Sequence record: PP400788
Strand: one strand, 5' to 3'
DNA length: 64,000 nucleotides
DNA from: Escherichia phage FL33
The position numbers and the translations under genes were made by a program. Every line of letters starts with the position of its first letter. Position 1 is the first letter of the stretch. Of this stretch, positions 1 to 12,286 are shown piece after piece. The notes below the pieces were generated by a model. The model was not told the DNA's origin, searched no databases, and saw only the letters and a list, made by a program, of their open reading frames with translations.

Positions 1-73
1 TTTTGAGCAAAATAAGGAAGACCTGATTGCCAGCTTAAACATACTCCATCAATATCAGTTAAAATAGTAGGCT

Positions 74-538
74 TCATAGAGAGTCTCTTAATAGGTTTAA
101 CACATCAATAAATTCAGCTTCGGTTAGTATTGTATCATCTTTTGTTAGACCACTAGCCATGCTGTGCTTCAAAACTTTTCCTTTCGAGGCTTGTAATGCA
201 TCACGAAAGCCCTTGTTTTGGATCGCTGCTTCAAAGTATGCATTTGTGTATAATTCTTTCCACGCTGGAGAGTATCTTGAAAACGGAACTCCAAGCCAGA
301 AGAGGGTCCCACGGTCTTGAGCTCTAGCATAAGACCTTCCAGCTTGTTGGGCGGCAAGCCCGGATAACCCAAATATACGACGTTGTTGTTCAGCATTTTT
401 CACCTTACATCCTTGAAGGAATCCTTCGAGACCTCCAAATTGGATACCATCCATAACGAAAGGCCATTGGGCGAAATTGCTTAATGCACATGATGGCCAT
501 CTAAAATTGCTTCTTATTTCTAGCTCAGACATTTTCAA
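74..538 (-). CDS. NADAR/YbiA-like domain protein (putative ADP-ribose-processing N-glycosidase family)
   Basis: 154-aa ORF; SNFAQWPF..DG block and overall pattern resemble NADAR (DUF1768) proteins; lies in the early cluster downstream of rIII. Confidence 0.5.
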   Translation of the reverse strand: MKMSELEIRSNFRWPSCALSNFAQWPFVMDGIQFGGLEGFLQGCKVKNAEQQRRIFGLSGLAAQQAGRSYARAQDRGTLFWLGVPFSRYSPAWKELYTNAYFEAAIQNKGFRDALQASKGKVLKHSMASGLTKDDTILTEAEFIDVLNLLRDSL

Positions 539-731
539 TACTTATAATTTCAACATCAGCCCAATGACCATAGCAAGGAAGACGAAATTCAACTGGCCAG
601 TTAGGGTCCTTTTCTAATATAATAGACTTAACTTGTGGTTCTTCATGTTCATCGGTATACGGACCTTTATACGTTACTTTATATGTGACCTTAATGTACT
701 GAATTCCAAAAATCTTATTAATTATATTCAT
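525..731 (-). CDS. hypothetical early protein
   Basis: 68-aa ORF co-directional with neighbours; start overlaps upstream stop (tight packing typical of T4 early clusters). Confidence 0.5.
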   Translation of the reverse strand: MNIINKIFGIQYIKVTYKVTYKGPYTDEHEEPQVKSIILEKDPNWPVEFRLPCYGHWADVEIISIENV

Positions 732-925
732 ACTAATTCCTTTAATCCATAGATAGGAGATAATTCATCACCCATACGAAGGTCTTCATTTCCATCTACC
801 CAGGAAACAATATAAGCCTCTTTTATTTGAATACCACTCCATTTAAATGGAGGTAGAACCTTAGAAATTAATCCAGGTATACCGACTCCCTTTAATTCAA
901 CAGTTTGACCCAAAAAGAATTTCAT
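728..925 (-). CDS. hypothetical early protein
   Basis: 65-aa ORF; 4-nt overlap with both flanking ORFs. Confidence 0.5.
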   Translation of the reverse strand: MKFFLGQTVELKGVGIPGLISKVLPPFKWSGIQIKEAYIVSWVDGNEDLRMGDELSPIYGLKELV

Positions 926-1212
926 TAGAACCTCATCTGAAAACCATGCGATTTAACATTACCGCCGTCAATATCAGAAATGTTAATTTCACGCGCAATT
1001 GAAGGGTCAATGTCAATTTCACGATTGAGTTTAGCGATAGCTAGAGTATCACGCCCATTTACAGTACGGAACTCTAAAGGGCAGACTGCATTAACATAGT
1101 TTTTAATCGATTCACTGGTAGGCTGCAAATGAGCAGGAAGGTCTTTAGGCGCCTTAGAGAAAACTACTTCGCAAAAATTTTTACGAGTATCAAAATAAGT
1201 AGTCATAAACAT
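925..1212 (-). CDS. hypothetical early protein
   Basis: 95-aa ORF with SD GAGGAAAA upstream of ATG, preceded by a CUUCGG hairpin. Confidence 0.55.
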   Translation of the reverse strand: MFMTTYFDTRKNFCEVVFSKAPKDLPAHLQPTSESIKNYVNAVCPLEFRTVNGRDTLAIAKLNREIDIDPSIAREINISDIDGGNVKSHGFQMRF

Positions 1213-1252
1213 AGTATTTTCCTCAGTAAGGGGCCGAAGCCCCTATTTTATT

Positions 1253-1618
1253 TTAAATATCAAATTCATTAAGAACTACATCAAAGATTGCTTCAAGATG
1301 CTCAGGTTTAGCTCTGTTGCTCAGAATATGACGAATCCAAGTTTTAACCAGAAGCTTGCGATTAACGCCATTCCAACAAGGATGAGTACCTAAATCACGT
1401 TGACGGAAATCATCATCTAATGCGATTTTAAAGGAAGAACCTTCTTTCGTGATTGAAACCGTGATGCCATTTTCAAATCGCATATAAACGTAGTTAGGAG
1501 TCATATACTGTTCAATTTCGCATACTGATCCATTTTGATGTTTCCAAAGGCAGATAGTATCAATAGAACCTGCAATACCATTAGAAACATATTTACGTTC
1601 AAAGTTGATGTAGTTCAT
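1253..1618 (-). CDS. hypothetical early protein
   Basis: 121-aa ORF in co-directional array. Confidence 0.55.
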   Translation of the reverse strand: MNYINFERKYVSNGIAGSIDTICLWKHQNGSVCEIEQYMTPNYVYMRFENGITVSITKEGSSFKIALDDDFRQRDLGTHPCWNGVNRKLLVKTWIRHILSNRAKPEHLEAIFDVVLNEFDI

Positions 1619-1686
1619 TTTTATTCTCCGAGATGTTTAATTGCGGTACAGGTATATAATATCATATCCTGTACCAAAGTAAACAA

Positions 1687-2019
1687 TTATTTTACTACTT
1701 TCCAGTGCTGCATGTCAAGTTTGCCAACTTTTTTCATCTTCTCAATTAAGCGTTCGGCACGTTGGCGAGCTGTAACATAATACCATTCACCTAATTCATT
1801 TTGTTCAATTTTTCCAACGATTACTGTATTCAACTCATAAATCCAACCGGTAAAGAAATTATGAACTTGAATTGTAAAGGTGAAATCTGTTCCCATACCT
1901 TCTGTTGTTTCTACTTCAATAATATCACCTTCAACTGCCATTAAGAACCACATAGTTTCATCATATTTACCATTGAAGCATTTAGTTTTAACTGTAGCGT
2001 TCAGATTAATCGTTTTCAT
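1687..2019 (-). CDS. hypothetical early protein
   Basis: 110-aa ORF in co-directional array. Confidence 0.55.
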   Translation of the reverse strand: MKTINLNATVKTKCFNGKYDETMWFLMAVEGDIIEVETTEGMGTDFTFTIQVHNFFTGWIYELNTVIVGKIEQNELGEWYYVTARQRAERLIEKMKKVGKLDMQHWKVVK

Positions 2020-2046
2020 TTTATTCTCCTTTGTTTGTGTAAGATA

Positions 2047-2076
2047 ATACTATCACAAAGGAACTATACTGTAAAC
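2047..2076 (-). promoter_or_regulatory. T4-type early (sigma70) promoter
   Basis: Minus strand GTTTAC -35 and TAGTAT -10 separated by 18 nt, A/T-rich upstream. Confidence 0.55.
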
Positions 2077-2098
2077 AACTTTGTGCAATCTTTGGAAA

Positions 2099-2126
2099 AT
2101 AAAAAAGGACTCCCGAAGGAGTCCTT
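2099..2126 (-). terminator. intrinsic terminator
   Basis: Minus strand GGACUCC-UUCG-GGAGUCC followed by UUUUUU. Confidence 0.65.
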
Positions 2127-2129
2127 AAC

Positions 2130-2306
2130 TTATGCTTTCTGCTTACCAAAACGAGAAGCATCATCTCGAAGAACCGCACGTGCTCGGCGCATGATCTTCT
2201 CAACAGTTTGATTGATACGAGAGTTCGACCCACGCTTGTAACCAGCGCGTTTAGAATCACCAACTTTCTTTTCAACTGCTTTCTTTGCTTTAGCTTGTTT
2301 TGCCAT
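2130..2306 (-). CDS. small basic protein (hypothetical)
   Basis: Lys/Arg-rich ORF; ATG at 2306 (MAKQAKAKK...) preferred over upstream in-frame start; followed by hairpin terminator 2099-2126. Confidence 0.45.
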   Translation of the reverse strand: MAKQAKAKKAVEKKVGDSKRAGYKRGSNSRINQTVEKIMRRARAVLRDDASRFGKQKA

Positions 2307-2593
2307 TATAAATTCTCTTTTAAATGAAAATGCAGGACTTATTGGCATTGCCTGCGCAAGCCCTCAAGGGGAACATAGGTTTTGAATATTTACCGACAGG
2401 ATAACCATAAACCTCGTCAACATACCACCAAGACTTACACAGATAACACTTTTCTGACGCATGATAGTAACATTCAAGAGGTACACCATAAAACTGCCGG
2501 GGTCTTAAAACTATAATGATTCGCAAATCATTAATCAGACAGTTCGATGGCTCCTCGATTTAGCTCACACTAAGGCAGTGAATCTCCAATAAA

Positions 2594-2842
2594 TTACTTC
2601 AGTGTTACCACAAAGTGACGAACTGCTTTTCGTGCAGCAGAAGCCAAAGGCTTAGCATATTTAAGTTCATCTTTTTCCTGAAGCTCAGCAGCTAATGCAG
2701 TTTGAGCAGGATTCAGATGTTTGAAATAACGCAGGATTTCAAGAGCTTCGGCTTCAACATCAATAGATGCGCCATAGTTTTCGTGACCATTATTCCATGC
2801 GTTTCGTTGCAGTTCAAGAGCGTGTTGTAATTGTTTAATCAT
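2594..2842 (-). CDS. rIII: rIII lysis-inhibition accessory protein
   Basis: 82-aa ORF MIKQLQHALELQRNAWNNGHENYG... matches remembered T4 RIII; position downstream of gene 31. Confidence 0.85.
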   Translation of the reverse strand: MIKQLQHALELQRNAWNNGHENYGASIDVEAEALEILRYFKHLNPAQTALAAELQEKDELKYAKPLASAARKAVRHFVVTLK

Positions 2843-2981
2843 TTAAAAATTCTCGTTAGAGATTAAAACTCGGTAGTCACGTTCTTCTGAATTTCATCTT
2901 CTTTCGACAGATCTCTCAGTTGTAGACTACCACGTAGAATTGTTCGGTTAACTTATTATTCCGACACCCAATTCATATTAT

Positions 2982-2989
2982 TATTTATA
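2982..2989 (-). promoter_or_regulatory. possible late promoter TATAAATA upstream of rIII
   Basis: Exact TATAAATA on minus strand, immediately 3' of gene 31 stop. Confidence 0.35.
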
Positions 2990-3325
2990 TCACTTATAAA
3001 GACATGGAATAGCTTTATAATGACATGTTACGAATTTTTGTTTAATTTCTTTTGGCTGCTTAAGACCCAGAGCTACAAAAGGATGCGGAACATTTCGAAT
3101 TTGACCAACTGGAAGAGAAGTCAAATCACCAACTTCGCAGAAACCTTCAGGAACATCAGGACCAACAGAGTGAACTACACACAGTTCAGGAACTTCACCT
3201 TGAACACGTTTACCGATAATGAGTCCTGATTCTGTAACTTCTTCATCACCAGCTTGCGCAGGTTCAGAAACTAAAATAACAAATTCACCGACAGCACGAA
3301 TTGGTAGCTGTTGTACTTCAGACAT
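2990..3325 (-). CDS. 31: gp31 GroES-like co-chaperonin for capsid protein folding
   Basis: 111-aa [17 protein letters not shown]...[11 protein letters not shown] matches T4 gp31 length and sequence as remembered. Confidence 0.9.
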   Translation of the reverse strand: MSEVQQLPIRAVGEFVILVSEPAQAGDEEVTESGLIIGKRVQGEVPELCVVHSVGPDVPEGFCEVGDLTSLPVGQIRNVPHPFVALGLKQPKEIKQKFVTCHYKAIPCLYK

Positions 3326-3381
3326 TGTTTTTCCTTTTTGTTAACAGATGAATTAATAATAACAAATAATTCTTAAAGCAT

Positions 3382-3690
3382 TTATTTACCAATAAATTGA
3401 AGCAAATGCTCAACTTTCATACCATTAACGGAAATCAATTTGTCAATAGAAAAACCTCGCCATGCACCAAGCTCAACATCAAATACTGGAATCATATCAG
3501 TAGATTCTTTCCGAGTAAATTCAGTCAATTTACCGGTTTGCATGGTTGGCATAAAGTCAGCATCGCGTGTGCCTTTCATAGTACGAATAGTACCGTCAGA
3601 CTTTTCAAAAACTACATTTGAAATACCCATGGACAATTTAGTTTTCAAAATTTCACGAATTGCTACTTTCTGTTCAGTCGTCAGTTTCAT
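3382..3690 (-). CDS. hypothetical protein (positional equivalent of T4 31.1)
   Basis: 102-aa ORF between cd and 31. Confidence 0.6.
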   Translation of the reverse strand: MKLTTEQKVAIREILKTKLSMGISNVVFEKSDGTIRTMKGTRDADFMPTMQTGKLTEFTRKESTDMIPVFDVELGAWRGFSIDKLISVNGMKVEHLLQFIGK

Positions 3691-3927
3691 TTATTTACCT
3701 ATCACAGTTTTAATATGAGTTGTTCCACGTTCTTTAAGAGTGGAAAGCAATTTTTGGCATTTTTCTAAATCAGATTTCCAACTATACGGTCTATCAATAC
3801 AAACCCAGTTTGACTTATAATACTGCTTCCATTTAGAGAAAAAATATTTCTTATACTCTACAGCAAATGAAATGTTCTCGTTGGAATAAGAACTAATTGC
3901 TGTGAGTTGTACCAAACGAAATTTCAT
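3691..3927 (-). CDS. hypothetical protein (positional equivalent of T4 31.2)
   Basis: 78-aa ORF; start overlaps cd stop. Confidence 0.55.
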   Translation of the reverse strand: MKFRLVQLTAISSYSNENISFAVEYKKYFFSKWKQYYKSNWVCIDRPYSWKSDLEKCQKLLSTLKERGTTHIKTVIGK

Positions 3928-4508
3928 TATTCACCACAGAATTCGTTGATATTTTCCCAGTTTAACTTATTCAAGTTTTTCTTAGGAACATTAAACACTT
4001 CAATACCTGCATTTCGCAGAATATCATCCCAGCCAGATTTATTTTTATCGTATGTTTCGCAATAAACCAGCTTTTTAATACCAGATTGAGCTATCGCTTT
4101 TGCACAATCTGGGCAAGGAGAAAGTGTTACATACATAGTAGCACCTTCAATTGAAGAACCGTTTCGTGCAGCAAACAAAATCGCATTTAGTTCAGCATGA
4201 ATTTCATTTTTAGACGACCATTCAGAGTGAGCACTGCGGTGTTCTTTCGCCAAGACAAAACGATCAGTTGAACCAAATGATACGCATTCAGGCTTATGAC
4301 CTTGAATGATAGTATGTTTAGGCTTATTCAGCAACCAACCTTGCTCAGCAGCATAATCACAGCAATTCACACCACCTGCAGGCGAACCATTATACCCAGT
4401 AGAAATAATACGTCCATTCTTTTCAATTACTGCTCCTACCTTCCAGGAGCAACATTTTGATTCTTGTGATACTAAATATGCAATTTGAAGTACTGTACTC
4501 GCTTTCAT
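3927..4508 (-). CDS. cd: dCMP deaminase
   Basis: 193-aa ORF with cytidine/dCMP deaminase zinc motifs (HAELNA ... SPCPDCAKAI); T4 Cd is 193 aa. Confidence 0.9.
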   Translation of the reverse strand: MKASTVLQIAYLVSQESKCCSWKVGAVIEKNGRIISTGYNGSPAGGVNCCDYAAEQGWLLNKPKHTIIQGHKPECVSFGSTDRFVLAKEHRSAHSEWSSKNEIHAELNAILFAARNGSSIEGATMYVTLSPCPDCAKAIAQSGIKKLVYCETYDKNKSGWDDILRNAGIEVFNVPKKNLNKLNWENINEFCGE

Positions 4509-4843
4509 TTCATAATCACCAGATAAGCAGATTTAGCAGTTTCAACACGATAAATTTCGTGACGAAGTTTAGTTATACTTTTAATAACAGAACTAATTAT
4601 ATTCTGCCCATCTTTAAAGCGGTTTTTCTTATCAATAAAAATTGCGCCAACCATCTTTTTGTGAAGCTCAACTGGATACTTCGTCACAATAATAGCATCA
4701 TACACAGAAGGATGAATACTATTCACTAGAGTGTCATTCATTAAAGTTATTCTAATGAACTTTGCTGTTTCAGAGTCAAGCGCTCTATGATCACCAGTAT
4801 CATTTTCAAGACAATTATCAATTATATCAGTTAAATTCATCAT
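4505..4843 (-). CDS. hypothetical protein (cd-pseT interval)
   Basis: 112-aa ORF; overlapping start/stop with neighbours. Confidence 0.55.
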   Translation of the reverse strand: MMNLTDIIDNCLENDTGDHRALDSETAKFIRITLMNDTLVNSIHPSVYDAIIVTKYPVELHKKMVGAIFIDKKNRFKDGQNIISSVIKSITKLRHEIYRVETAKSAYLVIMK

Positions 4844-5076
4844 AGTACGCCATACACCCTTTGTGCTTCAACTAATCCATCAAAATCCAATTTGAGATGT
4901 GTTATTTGATCACCATCACCTGGATTCACAATTACTAATACTGAACGAGGAGTTTCGGTAATAACACGAACCAATGTTTCTGGAAATCGTTCAGAAACCT
5001 TATTTACTAATTCCTGTGCAAATAGTTTAACTTTTTCTTGGAATTCTTTAACAGTAATTGGTTTTTCACTTAGCAT
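4840..5076 (-). CDS. hypothetical protein (cd-pseT interval)
   Basis: 78-aa ORF downstream of early promoter at 5107-5136. Confidence 0.55.
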   Translation of the reverse strand: MLSEKPITVKEFQEKVKLFAQELVNKVSERFPETLVRVITETPRSVLVIVNPGDGDQITHLKLDFDGLVEAQRVYGVL

Positions 5077-5106
5077 TTTGTTTTCCTCATTTATTTTGGT
5101 AGAGCT

Positions 5107-5136
5107 ATAATATCACAACTCTACCATAAAGTAAAC
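5107..5136 (-). promoter_or_regulatory. T4-type early promoter
   Basis: GGTTTAC ... 18 nt ... TATTAT on minus strand. Confidence 0.55.
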
Positions 5137-5138
5137 CA

Positions 5139-5420
5139 TTAAATTGCTTTGAATTCTGATGTCTGTGATTCAAAGCGAATATCGCCTTTGATGACTAGCT
5201 CAGCATCAAGACCAAATACGACAATGATATGCGCGGAACCCGGATACAGCGTAATTGCAATAGAATCCACCTGGTCTGGAAGCAAAGTGTTCAATACATG
5301 AGTCACTTGAGCATGAATTCGAAGCTCGGCTGCGTTATCAAGCTTTTCAAACATATTATTAGCGATAATTTGACTAAACACTACTTCTACGATTTTAGAA
5401 TAAGTCGGAAACATATTCAC
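5139..5420 (-). CDS. hypothetical protein (cd-pseT interval)
   Basis: 93-aa ORF. Confidence 0.55.
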   Translation of the reverse strand: MNMFPTYSKIVEVVFSQIIANNMFEKLDNAAELRIHAQVTHVLNTLLPDQVDSIAITLYPGSAHIIVVFGLDAELVIKGDIRFESQTSEFKAI

Positions 5421-5609
5421 CCCACATAATTTTCTTCAAGCCAATTAATAACATCCAACGCATTATCAAAAGTTGAACCATCTACTATGTCTTCTGTTTC
5501 ATAATCAAGAATATCTAAGTCTATTCTTCCATCAACAATAGGCCATAAACAAAATAGATATTTCTTTTCTTTTTCAATTTTATCGCAAAGTTGATAAATC
5601 TTTTCTATG

Positions 5610-5617
<8 letters not shown>
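5417..5617 (-). CDS. hypothetical protein (cd-pseT interval)
   Basis: 66-aa ORF, overlapping junctions. Confidence 0.5.
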
Positions 5618-7025
<1,408 letters not shown>

Positions 7026-7029
<4 letters not shown>

Positions 7030-7256
7030 TTATTTTTCTCAACCAATGATTGAATATAATCATGCAGGTCTTTAGATGCTTTACCCCACTTATTTTGATA
7101 TTCATTTTTGAGATTAGCACGTGATTGAGCTAATAAAACATCATTAGTTGGAGGTAAAGATTCTAATCGCTGAATCTGACGTCCATAAATCATTGCAGCC
7201 ATCTCGGATTCATAAATCAATCCTTTGAGATGTTCAAATTGATGCCATGAAATCAT
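7026..7256 (-). CDS. hypothetical protein (pseT-alc interval)
   Basis: 76-aa ORF. Confidence 0.55.
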
Positions 7257-7552
7257 TTACATTTATCCTCTTTTAACTCTTGGCGATAATAACATATCAT
7301 AGTTTTCTGGTCGTGTACATATCGTTTTACATCATTAAGCCAAATACGAAATTCCTGGGAATCTTCAAATGGCATACCAACCCAAGCTTTACCATCAATA
7401 ACTTTAACTTGCCAAGATAGTTTAGCTTCGTCATATGACTTTATTTGTACAGGCCAATTAGGATGAATTGTTTCTTTCTTTACTTCTAGAGGCTTTGTCG
7501 AACAACCAACTAGAAGACCAATAGATAATATTACTGCTGATAGTTTAATCAT
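7253..7552 (-). CDS. putative lipoprotein
   Basis: 99-aa ORF with signal peptide and lipobox (LLVGCS). Confidence 0.6.
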   Translation of the reverse strand: MIKLSAVILSIGLLVGCSTKPLEVKKETIHPNWPVQIKSYDEAKLSWQVKVIDGKAWVGMPFEDSQEFRIWLNDVKRYVHDQKTMICYYRQELKEDKCK

Positions 7553-7902
7553 TTAGAAAGGTCCTGGATGTCTTCTGCGAACTTGTTGAAGGAGTTGTTG
7601 ATTTGTTTTTCAACCAATCCTGGCTTATGAGCCACCACATCCGCCTTCTTTGCGTCTTTGCGCAGTTTTTCATTTTCACGCTCAATAGCAGCAATTGCCT
7701 CACGATTTTTAGTATTCATCGCATCAATATAATTATACTGAATTCGCAAATTATTTAATGCTAAGGCGTTTTCATTGGCCGTTTTTGTAATTTCAGTAAC
7801 TGATGTTTCTAATCTTTCTACCTTATTTTTTAAAATAATAGATGTTCCGCCAAATGCTATTACAAGTAATAGCAATCCAGCTGTAAAATTACTTACATGC
7901 AT
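7549..7902 (-). CDS. membrane-anchored coiled-coil protein (hypothetical)
   Basis: 117-aa ORF; N-terminal hydrophobic helix then heptad-like charged region. Confidence 0.55.
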   Translation of the reverse strand: MHVSNFTAGLLLLVIAFGGTSIILKNKVERLETSVTEITKTANENALALNNLRIQYNYIDAMNTKNREAIAAIERENEKLRKDAKKADVVAHKPGLVEKQINNSFNKFAEDIQDLSK

Positions 7903-8399
7903 AAAGTTTTAATAACCTCTACAATATCGTCTTGAGAAAGACCGTTAATTAAAATATGATGTTCAGCTGGAGATTTAGAAATTTTAAAGCATGCCTCAAC
8001 ATCTTCTGCCATATCCGATGCACTACGATTTGGATTACTAATTCCAAGACGATGTTTTCCCGTCAAAGGATTAACGATGATATAGCATTTACAACTATTG
8101 ATATGAACATTAGGTTGTGTCTGATTAATGAACACTTCACAATCATACTTAGCGAGTTGATTTTCTAAAAAGACTTTCATCTCCTCAACTGCATCAGGAA
8201 GCATATCACGGGCTTGCTCAAGACGACGATTTCGATATTCTTTAATGGTCGTTTTCCGCTTGACTTGTTTAGCTAAATCTTTCTTAAGATCAGTGATATA
8301 TCCAACTCGACGATTTCCTTTGAATACAGAAATCCCATCTGTAGTATCACCGTATGCTTCAACGACCATTTCAGTAGTAATAAGCTGCAAATCCATCAT
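7893..8399 (-). CDS. alc: Alc, host transcription-elongation terminator at dC-DNA
   Basis: 168-aa ORF (T4 Alc 167 aa) directly downstream of rnlA, as in T4. Confidence 0.75.
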   Translation of the reverse strand: MMDLQLITTEMVVEAYGDTTDGISVFKGNRRVGYITDLKKDLAKQVKRKTTIKEYRNRRLEQARDMLPDAVEEMKVFLENQLAKYDCEVFINQTQPNVHINSCKCYIIVNPLTGKHRLGISNPNRSASDMAEDVEACFKISKSPAEHHILINGLSQDDIVEVIKTLCM

Positions 8400-8427
8400 A
8401 AAGTCCTCATGTTATGTCAGTAAGATT

Positions 8428-8457
8428 ACTATAACACAACACGAGGGACTTGTAAAC
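8428..8457 (-). promoter_or_regulatory. T4-type early promoter upstream of alc
   Basis: GTTTACA ... 18 nt ... TATAGT on minus strand. Confidence 0.55.
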
Positions 8458-8460
8458 AGC

Positions 8461-10048
<1,588 letters not shown>

Positions 10049-10056
10049 AATAAAAT

Positions 10057-10070
10057 GGGCCTTGCGGCCC
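10057..10070 (-). promoter_or_regulatory. RNA hairpin between Shine-Dalgarno and start codon of denA (split-SD arrangement)
   Basis: Minus strand AAGGAG-UGGGCCGCAAGGCCCA-UUUUAUU-AUG: GCAA-looped hairpin sits between the SD and the ATG. Confidence 0.5.
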
Positions 10071-10075
10071 ACTCC

Positions 10076-11245
10076 TTAAAAGTATTTTTTAAAACTCATC
10101 ATAACTTTATCATCAACATCATTATCAATCTGTGCAACAAGGTAAGATGACAGTTCTACTTCTTGTGGCGCGGATTGAACATTATCAGAATTAAGATATT
10201 CACGAATCCAAGGATATGGATGTTTAACCGGAGCATCGGTAATTGGGCATGGAAGACCACACTGTTTCATACGAGATACAGTTAAGTAATCAATAAAGCT
10301 CCACATGCTATTTGTATTTAATCCAGGAACATCACCATCTTTAAATAAATGAACTGCCCAATCTTTTTCTTGGCGGTTAACTTCCATGAAAATATCAACT
10401 GCTTCTTGTTCACACTCTTGAGCAATTTTAACCCATTCATCGCCATCAGTGCCAAGTTGAAGTTGACGAATAATATATTGGGTGCCTTTAAGGTGAAGCT
10501 GCTCATCACGAGCAATGAACTTCATAATCTTGGCATTACCTTCCATGATTTCCATGTTTTTGTGGAAGTTAAATGTACACGCGAAAGATACGTAAAAACG
10601 AATAGCTTCCAGGGCGTTGATTACATGAAGGCAAAGATAAAGAGATTTCATTAGTGCTCGTTTAGTACATTCAACAACTTTGCCTAACTCTTCTTTACGA
10701 AATCCTTCTGATAAAATTCCTTCATAATCTTCAACCGCATTCTGATATTCACGAGTCTTAACTAGAACATCATCGTAATAGCGACCAATGGACTCGGCAC
10801 GTTTCATAATAGCTTTATCTAATACAATCTCATCAAATACCTTTGACGGATCAGTATAAAGATTTCGCATAATATGAGTGTATGAACGACTGTGAATAGT
10901 TTCACTAAAAGTCCATGTAGCAACCCATGTATCAAGACTTGGGTCTGAAATTAACGACATAAGTACAGCAGACGGCGCACGACCCTGAATGCTATCCAAA
11001 AGTGATTGATACTTCAAGTTATTAGTAAAAATATCTTGCTGATATTGAGGAAGCTTGTTAAATTGTGCAGCATCCATCATCAAGTTTACTTCTTCAGGAC
11101 GCCAGAAAAATGACAACTGCTTTTCGGTTAAATCTTCAAAAACTTTATGACGTTGAATATCATAACGCGCAATACCAAGACCTGAACCGAAGAACATAGG
11201 TTCTTTTAAAACATCAACTGGATTTGTATTAAAAACTGTGCTCAT
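10076..11245 (-). CDS. nrdB: ribonucleotide reductase small subunit (class Ia beta), uninterrupted
   Basis: 389-aa ORF with di-iron/tyrosyl-radical motifs (EAIRFYVSF, ARDEQLHL); no intron. Confidence 0.9.
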   Translation of the reverse strand: MSTVFNTNPVDVLKEPMFFGSGLGIARYDIQRHKVFEDLTEKQLSFFWRPEEVNLMMDAAQFNKLPQYQQDIFTNNLKYQSLLDSIQGRAPSAVLMSLISDPSLDTWVATWTFSETIHSRSYTHIMRNLYTDPSKVFDEIVLDKAIMKRAESIGRYYDDVLVKTREYQNAVEDYEGILSEGFRKEELGKVVECTKRALMKSLYLCLHVINALEAIRFYVSFACTFNFHKNMEIMEGNAKIMKFIARDEQLHLKGTQYIIRQLQLGTDGDEWVKIAQECEQEAVDIFMEVNRQEKDWAVHLFKDGDVPGLNTNSMWSFIDYLTVSRMKQCGLPCPITDAPVKHPYPWIREYLNSDNVQSAPQEVELSSYLVAQIDNDVDDKVMMSFKKYF

Positions 11246-11296
11246 AAATTTTCCGCTTAGTTAATAGATAGTGACTCGTCCGTGAGTCAAATTATA

Positions 11297-12286
11297 TCAT
11301 AATTTACAGGATGAACAATCTTCAGCTTTTGGAGTTTCTATTTCATAATCATCAGTACCAGAACCATCACGGGTATTATGATAATAGAAATTTTTTCCGC
11401 CAAAATACCAAAAATACAAAAGGTCATCAATCATTACAGACATTGGAACCTTTCCTTTTGGAAAAATCTGCGGGTCATAATATGTATTCGCTGAAGCTGA
11501 TTGACATACCCATTTCAGCATAATAGCTACCTGCGTAAGATAAGGTTTATTACCTTTCTTAGCTAATTTCCATGTATAATCATAGAGGTCTATGTTATGT
11601 TCAATATTGGGCACGACTTGATTAAAGGAACCCTCTTTTGATTCTTTAACCGAGACTGGTCCACGTGGAGGCTCGATACCATTTGTACTGTTAGAAACTT
11701 GGGAAGATGACTCACATGGCATAAGTGCTGATAATGTGCTATTACGGATGCCAAAGAGCTTAAGGTCTTCCCGCAGCGACGACCAGTCACAAACGTATTT
11801 TGGAGCTGCGATTTGGTCAATCTTTTTATTGTACCAGTCGATAGGTAATTCGCCTCGAGACCAACGAGTGTCTGAATAATATTCGCAAGGTCCTTTTTCT
11901 TTGGCGAGCTTAATGGATGCTTTGATGAGTCCATACTGTAATCTCTCAAATAGTTCATGTGTTAAATCGTTAGCATCTTCATAAGAAGCAAAGTTACTTG
12001 CCAGCCAAGCTGCATAGTTAGTAACACCTACACCAAGATTTCGACGCTTTTTAGCTTTTTCTGCTTCAGGAACTGGATATCCTTGGTAATCCAAAAGATT
12101 ATCAAGAGCACGAACTTGAACTTCTGCTAATTCATTAATTTTATCTTGGTCTTGCCAATCGAAGTTATCTAATACGAATGCGCTAAGGGTACAAAGCCCC
12201 ACTTCTCCCTTGTTTTCAATAACTTCTATTGTAGTATACTCATCATCTTCGTAAAATTCATCTACAAATTCATAATCAATATTCAT
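11297..12286 (-). CDS. nrdA: ribonucleotide reductase large subunit, C-terminal piece (nrdA-b)
   Basis: 329-aa ORF; after about 23 acidic non-RNR residues it aligns with the C-terminal part of class Ia NrdA (GEVGLCTLSAF, NSTLSALMPCESSSQ, C-terminal CSSCKL redox tail); ATG overlaps end of HNH ORF. Confidence 0.8.
   Translation of the reverse strand: MNIDYEFVDEFYEDDEYTTIEVIENKGEVGLCTLSAFVLDNFDWQDQDKINELAEVQVRALDNLLDYQGYPVPEAEKAKKRRNLGVGVTNYAAWLASNFASYEDANDLTHELFERLQYGLIKASIKLAKEKGPCEYYSDTRWSRGELPIDWYNKKIDQIAAPKYVCDWSSLREDLKLFGIRNSTLSALMPCESSSQVSNSTNGIEPPRGPVSVKESKEGSFNQVVPNIEHNIDLYDYTWKLAKKGNKPYLTQVAIMLKWVCQSASANTYYDPQIFPKGKVPMSVMIDDLLYFWYFGGKNFYYHNTRDGSGTDDYEIETPKAEDCSSCKL

Noticed and set aside
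2320-2526. 68-aa Cys-rich ORF between the small basic ORF and rIII
   Set aside because: Overlaps the more plausible 2130-2306 gene in another frame and has no clear SD; cannot be supported from sequence alone.
10049-10072. N-terminal extension of denA (ORF-track start 10072), and likewise of gene 56 (56723) and the frd-td ORF (17307)
   Set aside because: These starts are GTG codons without SD; in each case an ATG with a proper SD lies a few codons downstream and gives the expected protein length.
10318-10654. Antisense and alternative-frame ORFs inside nrdB (65-101 aa)
   Set aside because: Fully contained in a well-supported conserved gene; low-complexity A/T-rich translations; no RBS.
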